A DNA stretch of 64,000 nucleotides, taken from assembly GCA_963514005.1 (NCBI GenBank), contig OY740801.1:23312001-23376000 (forward strand), given 5' to 3'. The position numbers and the translations under genes are program-made. Shown here in pieces: positions 26,399 through 40,362 of this stretch. This DNA comes from Raja brachyura. Its lineage: Eukaryota. Numbering within the stretch: the stretch's first letter is position 1; every line of letters starts with the position of its first letter. The notes under the pieces were generated by a model. It saw only the letters and a program-made list of their open reading frames with translations, had not been told where the DNA came from and ran no database searches.

Positions 26399-28442
26399 TG
26401 TCACGTACTAGTCACAGACACAGTCAGGGAATGTTGCCAACTGGTCCATTCCAGACTGCAGGACCACGTGCTGAGGGGCTCTATGGGGGACGACCACAGT
26501 GTATGGTCCTCCCGCTATGGGAAATTGAGGGGTAGATTCTGGTTTAGACACCCCTCAAACAAGGGAAGGGATATCACCCCAGGGGGCCACATGAGTGGTA
26601 AGGGTGCTTGGTTAAGGACAGCTTGCGAACACTACCACATGACACTATGGAATGAACAGATGCTGGGAATGTCGGAAAAGTTAATGCACTGTTCATGTTT
26701 TGTATATATATTTTTAGAGAATCATAGAATGATACACAGTGGAAACAGGTTCTTTTGCCCAACTTGCCCATACCGGCCAACATGTCCCAGCTCCACAAGT
26801 CCCAACTTCCTGCATTTTGTCCATATCCCTCCAACCGGTCCTCTCCATGTACCTGTAACTGTTTAAATGTTGGGATAGTCCCTGCCTCAATTACCTCTTC
26901 TTTTCTAGCATTCCTGGATATATCCGATCAGGGCCCAGAGATTTATCTACTTTAATGTTCTTAAATGAATGGTTCTGGTATGAAGCTTGGTATCTGGTAT
27001 GAAAAGATATGAAGGGAGAAGCAAGGGTATCCAAGAGGAGGTACTTGCTATGAAGACAAAGAATATCATGGGAAAGTTGTGGGGGACAATGAGGGATATA
27101 CAAAGGCACCGAGAGTGAGAGGCTGAGTGTGAGGTGAGCGGCAGTGGATGTGCAATTAGAAAATTTATTTTTGTGGATCCTACCTAGTCTCTTTTTACAT
27201 CCTTTACCCTGTATCTGTACATTGTGGATAGCTTGATTGTAATTATGTATAGTCTTTTTGCTGACTGGATAGCACACAACAAAAAGCTTTACACTGCATC
27301 TTGGTACACGTGATAAAACTAAACTAGTCTTAACTTGTACATGCATCACTTAAACCACAAAACTACCAGAGACCAAAGGGTTAATGTAAGAACCTCATAG
27401 AAACCTATTTATTCACTGACCTCTTCATTATGGTTAGGTTAACAATTATGTAATAAAACCCTGGCACACAACAAATGCTGGTTATACTGTTCATCAGAAA
27501 CACCCATTGAGAACTCTAAAACCACCTAACAAAGCAGCCAACAATTTAACCTAGTTTTCTCCACCCTACACTTAATTCAGCTGCAGCTTCTGGAATGTGC
27601 TAAGCCAGAAACTCGATTGGGAGCCGATTGGGAAAAATGCAGAATCTCTAGATGGTAAATGCACTGTACTTCTTAAACTTCTGTATTTAAATCAATTTGC
27701 TTGTTATTTGTCACAATAAAAATAAAATATTCAGCACAGATTCTGCTGTCAAAGCCTGCCCCATGTATGTCCACCACAACCTCAGGATCCATAAAACTCT
27801 GGCAGAACAATTATTGGAAGCTCTTAAACATAATGAAATGTAGCTTTACAAATGATTGGCTCAAACTTGCTTCCTCTCCAATGACAATTTATTCTCCAAA
27901 TTTGGTGCAGAATTACTTTAATTAGAAGGGCACTATTTCAAGAGGGACTTAATTACCCTATAATTTACACTTGAGGGAAGGTTTCAAAAGGCAGTTCAAC
28001 TTACAAAACAGTTTATCACTACAGCAATCCTGACCTCACATGATGAGAGATATTCCCTTTGTCTTTTTGATTCCACCCCTCTGTTTTCCCAATTCTGAAA
28101 GAGGGTCTTTCATGTGAAACACTAACTCTCCTTCCACACATACTGCGAAAAAGAGTTTCAGGCATAGTTTAAAAAAATTTGGAATGTCACCTGGATTGTT
28201 GAAACCACAAAACAGCAGAGAGCAGGTAAGTGGCCAATACAATACCAGACCAAAAAATACAAGTTGAAGGGAATTGCATTGGGGGGGATGCTGGAAAACC
28301 AGTCTTGAGATTGAAATCCAAGGTGAGCAACTCATTTTCACAAAACATGACCAAATCCCAAAAGAATCACTCCATGTGATGAGCAAGAATAGCAAAAAGA
28401 TAACAAAATTTAAAGATGAAAAACAGGCACAATAATTTACAG

Positions 28443-28594
28443 AAGGGTTGAAGAAGAAGGGTTTATGTCTGAAGATGGGTTTTGGCCCAAAACGGTGCCT
28501 ATCACCTTCGCTCCATAGATGCTGCTGCACCCGCTGAGTTTCTCTAGCATTTTGCGTACCCTCGATTTTCCAGCATCTGCAGTTCCTTCTTTAA
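28443..28594 (+). mobile_element. Penelope-terminus mini-element
   Basis: 15-bp TSD CACAATAATTTACAG at 28428-28442 and 28595-28609; stuttered 5' end (gaagggttgaagaagaaggg). Confidence 0.85.
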
Positions 28595-28717
28595 CACAAT
28601 AATTTACAGGTTGTTTCCCCTGCTTCAGACCAGACAAGAAACATTGCCTACCCAAATCCCCCAGAGATGCTGCCTGACGCACTGAGTTATCTTTTAGAAT
28701 AACCCACTGAGTTATCT

Positions 28718-29005
28718 CTTAGAATAAAGGGGAGGTCATTTAAGACTGAGGTGAGAAAAAACGTTTTCACTCAGAGAGTTGTGAATTTATGGAATTCCCT
28801 GCCACAGAGGGCAGTGAAGTCCAAGTCACTGGATGGATTTAAGAGTTAAATAGAGCTCTAGGGGCTAGTGGAGTCAAGGGATATGGGGAGTAGGCAGGCA
28901 CGGGTTATTGACAGGGGACAATCAGCCATGATCACAATGAATGGCGGTGCTGGCTCGAAGGGCCGAATGGCCTCCTCCTGCACCTATTTTCTATGTTTCT
29001 ATGTT
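28718..29005 (+). mobile_element. CR1 LINE 3' end
   Basis: FTQRVVNLWNSLP remnant; tail CTATGTTTCTATGTT; same family as the copy at 16038. Confidence 0.88.
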
Positions 29006-31763
29006 ATTCCTGCACTTGCTGTCTACCCAATAATTTATCTTGTATTAAGAGTCGGGCAATATGAAAAGTGGAACATCCGTTAAAAAGGAAATCAGAATGA
29101 GAAGGAAACAGTCACACTTCATGTCTGTCATGGATAGATATGTTTACCCAATTTGTAACTGAATAATTATTGATGGGTGAAAGATCAGCAATCTGAAACA
29201 CTAACAGACACAAGGCCTCTTCCTCCACAAGACACGACCTTCAGCAACTTCAAGTTCATTTTAATTGAATTGGTTACATCTGTAGAGAACACAGCAGTCT
29301 TAGATGCTGCTCCTTCACCAATATTTCCCCAAATATCTGAAAAAGTCACCCAATTCTTGAAGTAGAGCACTCCATTTGAATAACACTGTCCAACATGCTA
29401 TACAAAGCTGCTATTCAAGAGACATGCCAATGACTTTACTTGGACCAACATGGAGTTTAAAAATGCAGTTTCAAATAACACAAACTTGGTAAACTGTACA
29501 GGACTGGGAGGTGGGGGGGGGGGGGGGGGGGGTGGCGCGGTGTTAGTGCCATTTCATGGGAGGGTTTTGCATCCTCATTCAGTAGCATCTGAAGCAGACA
29601 CAAATATAATACGGAAATACTACGGAATCTAATCTCAAACTTCAAATGTATTCTCAAAGAAACACAGGCCAACCATTACAATCTGTGCTACCACATCAGA
29701 CAATGACCCTCTTAGTATCTCATGTCCAAGGGCCTTAAAAAAAGTAAGATTTAAAGACATTATACAAATGAAGTGTTTCTTTACCAGGTCAGACATCCCA
29801 GAAGTCACACTTCCTTACAGACTAGAATTTTTGACACGAGTATCATTGACATTTCTCATTCACATATTCTAAACTACTCAGATTTTGAGGCCTCAATACA
29901 CATTTAGTTTAGTTGAGACAGTGTGGAAACAGGCCCTTCGGCCCAGAACTTTTCCTGAATCTACATTCAAATATTTTTATTTCCTGTTATTCTCAAACGC
30001 ATTTTCAAATGAAGTACTCCAAATGATAGTCAAGTTATTAAGTGAAAACTCATGTGACACAGCCACAAATATCAACATACTGCAACTGCATATACAATAG
30101 ACAACACTCACACTGCAAACAATCAAAATATAAAATATGTAACCTGCCACCCCAATCTCAGACTGGTACTCAGCCAGAATGCTGTGCACGCTCACCTGTC
30201 CTGTGTTCCCCTTGCTTCAGATGCAGGAACGCCACCAGCATCAGGTTTATTTGCTATTGTAGAAGCCCCATGCATGTGACAATGTAGATGCATCGTCCCA
30301 TCAAGTACCCTGCCCAGGGCTACTTTCAGTACTCCCAGATTCAGATCCCAACTCGCAATACAGAAGCATAACCAAACGCAACTAATCTCCAAATAGCTCA
30401 GTGGAGCCAGAAATGTTAGGAATGCTGCCATCCTGTCAAGTCAAATCCAAGATAAAAGCCATTTGCAGCTCTTCAGCCACAGAGTGCATTGAAGGCAGTC
30501 ATTTGCTGGGCAGTCATGCAGCAATTGACATAGCCAGCAAAGCTTCAAAAGAATCAGACTGAACTGGGAACACAAATCAGCTTCAGTCAGTTTCCAGAGA
30601 GCCTGGCTAATTTAGCATCACCTCTGCTTTCTATTACTCCACCACAATAACATTTCACCAGGGATCTTCAAAAGTAAGTTATTTTTAAATTTTATATTCA
30701 TGTAAAGTCATCAGCAAGAGAGCTATTCATACTGACAGATTTGTTGGTGCTCGTTGACTTACAAGGATTGTTGCCCATCCTTAAATGCCCTTTGCTGGAC
30801 TGTTTTAAGGCAAGGCATAGGAGGATACAGACCCAATGTGGAAATGGGCAAATGGTCAGCATTGACATGGTAGGTTGAAGAGCCCTTTTCTCTGGCACAC
30901 AACTGTGCCCCTATTGCAGAAGCAAATTAAGTTATACACATTTGTGGCCCAACTTCACAAATAGGCCAAACTGAAATATATCTGTCATCCAGGTGATTCA
31001 GTTTTTAAAACAATGCAGCAGTTTCATGATCACCTTCACTGATAATAGGTTTTCAATCCAAATGAATGTAAACCACCCAGGTGCTGTACTGGGGTTTAAA
31101 TAGGTGTTGCTGGATCAACAGTCAAGCTTTAGGATATCAGTCCAGTAGTTTTAACTGTTATAACCCCTCCACAATCTCTAAAATAAACTCAAATTCAGGT
31201 CCAATGAGTGGTAGTGTGTAATTATAAACTGACTGCAAATATTTGCTGCTACATATGACAATACACTTTTTTTTTAAAAACTTCAGACTGTTAAAATATA
31301 TATAGTTATGAACATTTTAACTAGTGTTTAAAAATGTGTTTGAATGGCAGATATTGATGTGAAATGGAAAACAGTAGAACACCTCCACATATCTGCAAGT
31401 ATTTAAAAATAGATATATTTTGTTTCAGACAAGTGCTTTCCTCCAAAGGACTGATTGTCCTACCATGTACCATTAGCACCTTACAATCTTTCACATCCAA
31501 TTTTCATTTCACATAAAAAACTAGGCCAACCTTATTGTGTTCTTCAGATTATAGAAGCAATTCAAGTGTCCCAAAGGCCCCAACTTGGAAGATTTGGACT
31601 TCAAGCCAAATGCATCACACTACTTGCTAGGAACATGTTGCATTGCATTACTAAGGCATTGATAAGTGAGAACTTAACAGGATTAGTTCCTGTTGACATT
31701 AATTTGAAGGGGAAAATGTGTTTATCAGCAAGGTTGGGAGGGAGTTAGGTAAAGGACATCACT

Positions 31764-32861
31764 TAGCAATGTTACAAAATTTTGAGATTTTAAAAATCAA
31801 GTCTGCAATTTATCCCATCAGGTAAAGCATAAAAAGAAGTTTAATTTGACACCTAATTCACTTTCATATCTTCAGTATTAAGAAAGTTATGGCAATTTTC
31901 ATACTCTGAAATTAGCATCTTGTTCCCCATTGCCTTTCAATTGACTTAACTAAAAAGCTGTGATCTGGATCAATTAAAAGCCCATAACTTTCTTAAAAAT
32001 TGATAGAACTCAATGAAATTTTCACTTATTCTAGATTGAAGCATTCTGAAATATGATGACCTGAAATTAAAGCATATAATTAGTTAGTTATCTAATTGTA
32101 GCTAATTACAAAATTCAACGAGTAGATCTAAACATCTATCCATTTCTTAAGAAAAGATACACTTTTTTTTAATTGCCTAAGTGTCCAAATAACATTCACA
32201 CAATAAAACATAATTTTTAAATCTCATTTTCATGAATTTCTGGGCCAAATGGAAGGAATTTAGTGTTTGATTCCTGTAAATTAATGGCCATTTAAATCAA
32301 CTTGCGAGTGGGTTTTAGTGGAATGCGGTGGATTGGAATGTTGCGGTTAGCAGTGAAGTCGGGAGGAAAAATACTGTTTGTTCATACATTTTTTTGGACC
32401 CCATTTCGCAACATGAGAATGTTATTAAAGCCTCCCGAAAAACCAACTTTTAATATAAAAATAAACTATTTACCTTTTTTCTCCCCTACGCAAAATCCTT
32501 CCGGTTGTCGGTTCTCACGGCTTTTGAAGGTGATTTTTAAATTACTCTAGTTAACAAATAATTTAGAGTAATTTAAAAATACCTTCATTCATGAAATGTC
32601 GGAGCGATTTTTCTTCCTGTGGAAAAACGGCACTTTAAGCCCGCCCCCCTCTGAAAGGCGCCAAAGTCGCGCACACGGGGAGCGGCAGAACTGTCGGAGC
32701 GATTTTTCTTCCGCAACGAAATCGCCCGACATTGATCGATTTTTCCTGCCTGTGGAAAAACGGCACTTTAAGCCCGCCCCCCTCTGAAAGGCGCCAAAGT
32801 CGCGCACACGGGGAGCGGCAGAACTGCAGCTCTGCTCAAGGTAAGTTTTGTAACATACCTA
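31764..32861. mobile_element. Non-autonomous TIR DNA transposon with 7-bp TSD
   Basis: TIRs TAGCAATGTTACAAAATTT / AAGTTTTGTAACATACCTA; CATCACT duplicated at 31757-31763 and 32862-32868; no ORF. Confidence 0.8.
32600..32826. repeat. 133-bp-period direct repeat inside the TIR element
   Basis: CCTGTGGAAAAACGGCACTTTAAGCCCGCCCCCTCTGAAAGGCGCCAAAGTCGCGCACACGGGGAGCGGCAGAACTG at ~32616 and ~32749, essentially identical. Confidence 0.92.
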
Positions 32862-35800
32862 CATCACTGCAGCACACAAAAGAACCAAGTGCAGAGTTTA
32901 GGAAGCAGAGGGGGAATTGATTTATATAGCACAGTCCAAGCAGAATGGGCAAGGAGTGCAGAAATCCTCCACATGTATCTTTCAATCGAACCATTATTCC
33001 ATACCGCAGGAACTCAGATGTACAAGTCAGGAAGAAGGTCAAGAAAATTACAGTGATAAGCAACTCAATAATTATGCATGCAAAAAACAAACGAAAAAGG
33101 GAAAATATAACCAAGCTATTTTCCTTGCATCCCCAATGCAAGTGCCAGCCTTGCTGGGGGGGCAGCACTGCACATTGCAAAGTTTGCAGGTCAGCGGCTC
33201 CTGGTAAAGTACATGGGCAGCTATTAACAGAGGATGCAATGTGCAACAAGAACTATAACACTCCCTCCCCACATTTCTGCCATGTATCCACCGCCAGTGA
33301 TCTCAACCGCCATAAATATCAGGTGCTTGGAAAAAGCAATGTTAGGTGTCAGCTGCAGTCAAGTAAAAAAAGCTTCAAAAGGAGCCAAGAATTTTATTTG
33401 TAGAACGTTCCAATTTAAAAAAATCAACAAGCATTTTACGCAAACAAAGAACAGAGAATTAAAAAGTTCCTTGAGGGCAAGTAAAGAAATGAATAGTATT
33501 TTAGGTACATGGTTAGTGGAGTTAATGTAATAAATAGAGCCATGGCAGGCCAGCCAAGATCATCGAATGTACATTATGTACTACAAAACCACCAGTGCAG
33601 AAAGTATTGTCCACAGCTCAGGCTTTCGGTGATGGAGCAACAGCTGCCATCATTGTGGCACAGAGGACAAGTGCTTTATGAGAAATACCTTTCAGCAGCA
33701 GGTAACCCAGCAGCTCCGGAACATGCAACTGGAAAGGGAATGAGTGACGGTCACAGCAGAGAAAAAGGCAGCCTTATCTTCTCCCATGACGACCTTGAAA
33801 TGTACCGAATAATGGTTAGTGTGTCCTTCACATACAATTCCACCAGGTGTCTATCTTCAAAGGTGCTTTATTCTTCACATGTGCTTGGTACAGTGAAATT
33901 CCTTTTTTGCACAGTTCAATAAAAACGTACTATTCATAGGCACAATCATTCTTATTGAAGAGAGCAAGAATAGTAGATTATACCGAGGCAATACACAAGA
34001 GTCGCCACATTTTCCAAGAACATCTTGTATCCTTCAGTTTCAAAGTTGTTAAAAAGGCAGTCTTAACTTGGCCTTAAAGGCCAGTTATCCTGGCAGTGCT
34101 GTTGGATCAAAGTTGCAGGAGTCAGCCTGACCAAGTGATGTTGTCGGTGTCCTCCACTACTGTTCCATCGCTCTGTGCCACTGTAGGCCATGTCCAATCC
34201 ATGCACCTTGGAGCAGCACCTGATCCAATTGAGCTCCAGGCTGTTGCAGGGCCTCTAGCAGCCCACTCCACCAACACAATGGAACAGACATGACCTGCGA
34301 ATGCGCCATCACGCGCCTCACTGCCACTGCTGACTGTGTGCCAGGGCAGCTCCCACAGCCGACCCCAGAGGGCCTCCAAGGATGTGGGAGGTAAGCCCAC
34401 AGCCTGCTCACTGGCAGGAGTTTCATAATACAATGACTCTAATACAAGGTTAAGTACAGTCCCTTCCTTAGTAGGAGCCTCTACATACTGCTCTAAAAAT
34501 CTTTTAGATGCATTTTATAAATTCTACATTTAAACCCCTTATGCCAATACATGGATTCATCACCTTTCCTTAGTACCGTACCATTTACAGTACATCCTAC
34601 CTTATTTGCATCTGAAAATGCACCACTTCACATTTATAAGTTGATTATTGGGGCACACCAAACCGATTCGGAAGACATGGGAATTTACAGCTAAATGGAT
34701 ACATCTCAGCAGATTGGAAATACATGTTAATTTTAAATTTGTCATATGCACAAGTATGGTGAGGTGCAGGTACATTGAAAACATTTGCCTGCAACAGCTT
34801 CACAGGCACAGATTCAAAAACAAGAAACATTTATACATAAATTACACATAACATTTCAAATAGCAAAAGGGCTGCTTGTTGTGGTAGTGGGAAGGTTAAC
34901 TAATGCTGTGGGATGAGTAAACAGAGCAGTTAAACCTCAGGAAAATGGAACAGACAGTTGACAAAAGAATCTAAAGGCAGAAACAAAAGCTTTTCTGTTA
35001 TAAACAAAGCAAATGGTTCGGGTCAGGGTTACAATAGTATCAGACACAATAAGTGTTCAAAATGGAGTTGGGTGAAAAAGGAAATAATTTAATTGGGATA
35101 CGAGAGAAAATTAAAGGATGGATTAATTGCACAGACAAATTAGAGGGGCTGATTTGGCCACTCGCCATAGCATGGCCATTTTAAAATCAATCAAGAAAAT
35201 CAAGTGCAACCTGATATTCTGGAAGATTTTATTTTTCGGAGGGGGGGGGGGGAGGAAGGGAGAGATGAAAGAGAGACAGTTCTTGTGGAATGTGGAGATA
35301 CATTCCATCAAACTGAACTCACCAAACTAGTCTGGTCACTTAATGCTGATTGTGGTTATCAGACTGGTACAAAATCCTCAAGCATTATTGGACAAAAACC
35401 CTCTCACCCTCAAATGCTTCACGCTAGTTTTGTGACATACACAGGCAATTGAAGTGCTGAAAATACCTGAATGAGCATTTGAATCCTCAAAGAATAAACA
35501 GCTACTGACCAGGGATTAGGATAGGTCAGCGTGAAATGGTGGACCAAAGAGCCTGCTGTGGTGAATGACTACGGCCAATCTATATTCAGATTATTTTTAA
35601 ACATGTTGACTGGAGTATGCTTCCATTCTTTGACAATGGAAAAATAAATAAATACATCAAACAGCATTATATGATAAAGAGATGTCACAAGTTTGATCGC
35701 AAACTGCATGCTGCTTTCGTGCCCATCATCTTGGATTCTGTGAGATTCTCAACTTTTTAAAAAAATGCCAGATAATCAAACAGTAACCGTTAACATTCCA

Positions 35801-36235
35801 GGTTGGGTACTGTGGCCTCCCTGATAGTAATTAGATCTTTCAGTTACTTCCAATTGCAGTACAATTGAAGTACAGTTTGAAAAAAGGGCACAGAAAGGCA
35901 TTTCATAGGCAACTCTCAAGTTTTTTTTTAAATAAACGTTGCAGAATTGGAGAACGGGTGCCAGACTGCTGATTTGACAATACCATGCTGAAAACATTCC
36001 ATCCATGACCCTGATCCATCTTTTAATGAAAATAAACCACGAGAGACCAGTTGGTTCCATCTCACATCCATTTATGATCATCATGCCTATGGTTACTAAC
36101 TACAATTCTGTGTACAGTTGTGACCAATATCAGCCATTCCACATTTTTAAAACCATCGGTGTCCCACATTGATCCCGGTCTGGGAACAGACCATCCCAAC
36201 CCATGAAACATCTTGTTCCCATTATATTGTGTTCT

Positions 36236-36850
36236 GATCACAATCACAATGACACTTTATTAGCCAAGTATGTTTTGCAACATACGAGGAATTTCATTTG
36301 CCAAGTCAGTCGTACAAATATAAAGCAACGGAACACACAAATCACATTTTAACATAAATATCACAGAGACTCCTCCACATTCCTCTCTGTGATGGAAGGC
36401 GAAAAAAAGTTCAATCTCTTTCCTTTGTTCTCCCGCGGTCGGGGGCCTCGAGCCCCCTGTTGACGGGATGATCTTGACTCCTGTAGCCAGCGGCGGGCCC
36501 TCCGCGTTGTGGCGATGTGTACCGGCATCGGGGGGGGGGGGGGGGGGGGGGGGATGTCAGATCCCCCACGCTGGACAATCGAACATCTCGTCAGGGCTGG
36601 TCGAACCTTCCGTGACATTGGAGCTCCCAACATCCAATGCCTCTCCCGAGACTGTAAGCTCCCGATGTAAAGACCGCAGGCCGCGGCTGGAGCGATCCCA
36701 GGCAAAGGATTGACTCCGATGCACGTCCACGCCCCGTGGTGGGGACCCAAGGTCAGTCCGAGGAGTCCTCCAGATCTATCGATGGTAGGCCACAGAGCAA
36801 TCAGAGAATGAGATCCGAAAGACAAAAAATGACACAAAGACAAAAAAAAC
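36236..36850 (-). mobile_element. Non-autonomous retroposon with GC-rich body and (ATTGTG)n tail
   Basis: Tail gatcacaatcacaat with minus-strand AATAAA (+ strand TTTATT) next to it; the segment ccttccatcacag...gagtc is shared with a fragment at ~12420. Confidence 0.55.
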
Positions 36851-39639
36851 AGTCTTTCGATGACATCTGGAATATAGTGCCCAGATTGGTCTCCCTACTT
36901 GCAGCAGGAGCACAACTAGGGTTGTACTCGTTTAGAAAAATTAGAATCTTTTTGAAATGTACAATATTTTCAAGGAGCTTGACAGAGTGGATGTTTCCCC
37001 TAACTGGGTGGGCAGTTAACAAGGATCAAAGTCTTAAAATAAAGGAGTTAGCGATTCAGGATAAATAAGAAATATCTTCACCCAGAGGTTATTTAAGTTT
37101 TGAAGTTCCCTGTCTACTCAGGGAAGATGGAGGCTCAGTTGTTAAGTACATTCAACAAAAATCGAAATTTTTAAGAAGCAATGGGAATCAAAAGGTAGGG
37201 AGTTACTGCAGCAAAGAAGTGCAGAACCATCTGCTGTGATGAAATGAATGGCAGAATGACCTATTCCTACCATCATTAGGAAAAAGATTTCAGAGAACAT
37301 CTGATCTCAGACGAACCAGGAGCCAGTCTGCCAGTGGTGTCACCAGCTTGATTCAGGCCAACAGAGTGCAGATTGGAAATATCTGCCGCTGGTTATGGAG
37401 ATCAACTGATGGTGTAAAGTGCCTCCACAGAATCAACACATCATCCACTTGCACTGCAGATTTATAAAGAAATCAGCTATTCTGCAGCAGGCTCAGTGGA
37501 GCTACCTGCAAGGAATTTCTAAAGCACTGTAGAGAGCTCCGCTGAATTCAGACATTGCACAAAATTTCAAATATACCACATCTGAACACAAGGAATGTAC
37601 CACTGAAGCAGTCATTGATCCGAAAGGTTAACTCCGTGGCTTTCTCCACAGATGCAGCAGGACCTGCTGACAATCTCCAGCACTTTCTTCTTATTTCAGA
37701 TTTCCATACATCTCCTTTTTTCCTGTTTTCAAGAGTGCCCTGCAGACTGACAACACTGGCGATGGTACACAATGTTTGAGTATTGGGCAATGGGTGGAGT
37801 GCTAATTATAGGTCAACACCACTAGCGATTTGTTCCATGCAACGAACACTGCACACGCTTCTTTACCAAAAGCAGCAGGGCTCAGATCTCTGGTTGACAC
37901 TAACCAATTAGGACATAACTAGTTCAGTTTATAATTCAGCCAAGATCTGTAAACTTGACTTAAAACTCCATTTAATATAGGAAGTACCATTCACTATATT
38001 GCACTTCAAACAACTTCTCCCATCATTTCCAGCAGTTAGAGCTGTATTACCTTGCGTATACCTCATATGCAGCATCCACAGGCAAGTCTTTAAGTTTTTG
38101 GTCCCCTGCTTTTCAACGGCACATGATGCAAACCGAGCACCAAGATTGTGACACTCCAAGAAGGGCATGCAAAATTGAGCAAGAGGTGGTATTTTATGTC
38201 TTCTGTTTTTTTTTCAGGCCGACTGCATCGAAAGATAGCTGCGATTATAACCCCGATAAAAGCAAAGATCACAGAAACTACCCAACACCAGGAAAATATC
38301 ATTCAATGGCAACATCAGCTAAACATCATTACCACAGCAGTGGATCTTACTAAGCTTCACACAATGATGGGACATTGCAGCCAAGAGGATGAAGATCAAG
38401 CCACAAAGGCCAGGACTGGACAACACAAAAGCCAGCCACAACCATAGGAAAAGAAAACAAATGTTTCAGGTTGAAACCCCTTTATCAGAAACGTTCATTC
38501 TGTTTGCCTTGCCACAGATGTGGCCAGACATGCCGAAGATGCCAAGCATTTTCTGTACTTGGATTTCCAGCATCGACAGTGAATTTCAGCACCTAGCTGA
38601 ATATCAGCACCTCTGGTTACATTTTCCATGAAACTTTTCAAAAATACTTATTCTGTTATCAAAATAGCTGCAAAACTTACACCAAATGTGAAGAATTTCA
38701 CAATACAATTAGCAAAATGCAAGGCAGATGTTTCAGCATTGACAGGCAACACATTCCAACAAGCAGATAGGCCAAGCATAACCTTTGCTCTGGCCATGCT
38801 GATGGCAGCTTCTTGCTGCACCAACTGGCCTTTCAAATGATGTCATAACTCCACGGCCATGGCAACAGCCAGTCATTCAACAACAGCAAATTTACATTTA
38901 CCCAGCTAAATGCTTCAACGTGTTTCACAGAAGCATTAACAAAATTTGATGCCACATATCTGTGGCATCCTTCCATGACAACATACCAAATCTTGATAAT
39001 TGACAAAAGATTTGCATGGGGTAAGTTTCAAGGAGCACCTTAAAGTAGAGGCAAGAGGCTCAGGAACAAATTACTTTTTGCAAATGCTGCCAATGACAAG
39101 CAAGGGGGGTGGCCAAGGCTCCAGAATCAGAGTTCAACAGAAGCCTTGGAGGATGCATGGCAAGTGATTACAAAAATAATTGATGCTGCTTATTTGAAAT
39201 CCACATAAGCCAGTGAGTGACAGGGTAATGGGCAAGAGAGATTTGGAGTGAGTTAAAGCAGGCAGTTTCATATGGTCTTAAAAAAAAATTAATGGGTAGT
39301 ACAGCAGAGCCCAGCCAGGGGTTTATACGAAGTGTCCAGATTAGAGGTAATTTTGACATTTGCCTCCTGGATTCTGGAACCTTGACCCGGCCCAAGCCGG
39401 CAGATCCTTTCCCATAGCCGACTTCCGAGATAAACTTTGCAGACCAGTATCTCATCCGCAGCAGCCTAGGTGGACAGTCCCGACTCCTCTCAGAGGACGT
39501 GACCTCTGTTGGTCTGGCAAAACAGATAATCCGGCAATGCTCTGGAACCAAGGGTGCCAGGAAATTGGTGGTGGACCAGTATATTGGACAGAAGGTTACA
39601 TAAATCCATCCCACTTAACATAGGTGTTGAATTTTGGGA

Positions 39640-40362
39640 CGTCTACACAGTGAATGGTATGCCTCTGTGGATTGTTGTAGACCACAGGGATCTAGGAGTG
39701 CAGGTGCATGGTTCCTTGAAGGTGGAGTCGCAGGTAAATAAAGTGGTCAAAGAGTCTTTTGGGATATTAACCTTCATCAGGCAGAGTATTGAGTATAGGA
39801 AGGTTATGTTGCAGTTGTATGAGATTGCATTTCGAGTATTGTGTTCAGTTCTGGGTACCACATTATAGGAAATATATTGTCAAGCTTGAAAGGGTTCAGA
39901 GAAGATTTACGAGGATGTTGGCAGGACTAGAGGGTCTGAGCTATATGGAGAGGTTGAGTAGACTGGGTCTCTATTCCTTGGAGCGCAAGAGGATGAGGGG
40001 TGATCTTATAGAGGTGTATAAAATCATGAGAGGAATAGATTGGGTAGATGCACAGAATCTCTTGACCAGAGATGGGGAATCGAGGACCAGAAGACATAGG
40101 TTCAAGGTGAAGGGGAAAATATTTAATAGGAATCCAACCAAAGGGTGGTGGGTGTTTGGAACAAGCTGCCAGCAGAGATAGTTGAGGCTAGGACTATCCC
40201 AATATTTAAGAAATGGTTAGACAGGTACATGGATAGGACAGGTTTGGAGGGATGTGGACCAAGCACAGGCAGGTGGGACTTATGCATGTGGGACATGTTG
40301 GCCAATGTGGGCAAGTTGGGCCAAAGGGCCTGTTTCCATACTGTATTACTCTATGACTATGC
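39640..40362 (+). mobile_element. CR1 LINE 3' part
   Basis: RDLGVQV, EYCVQFW.PHYRK...LERVQRRFTRML.GL..LSY.ERL..LGLYSLE..RMRGDLIEVYKI; tail CTATGACTATG. Confidence 0.92.

Noticed and set aside
29507-29535. Poly-G tracts as functional G-quadruplexes
   Set aside because: Simple homopolymers are common in this genome, some lie inside TEs, and their lengths are unreliable in assemblies.
32836-34433. Cluster of 100-150 aa ORFs in intron 1
   Set aside because: No recognisable homology, no coherent splice signals, and overlapping frames on both strands; consistent with chance.
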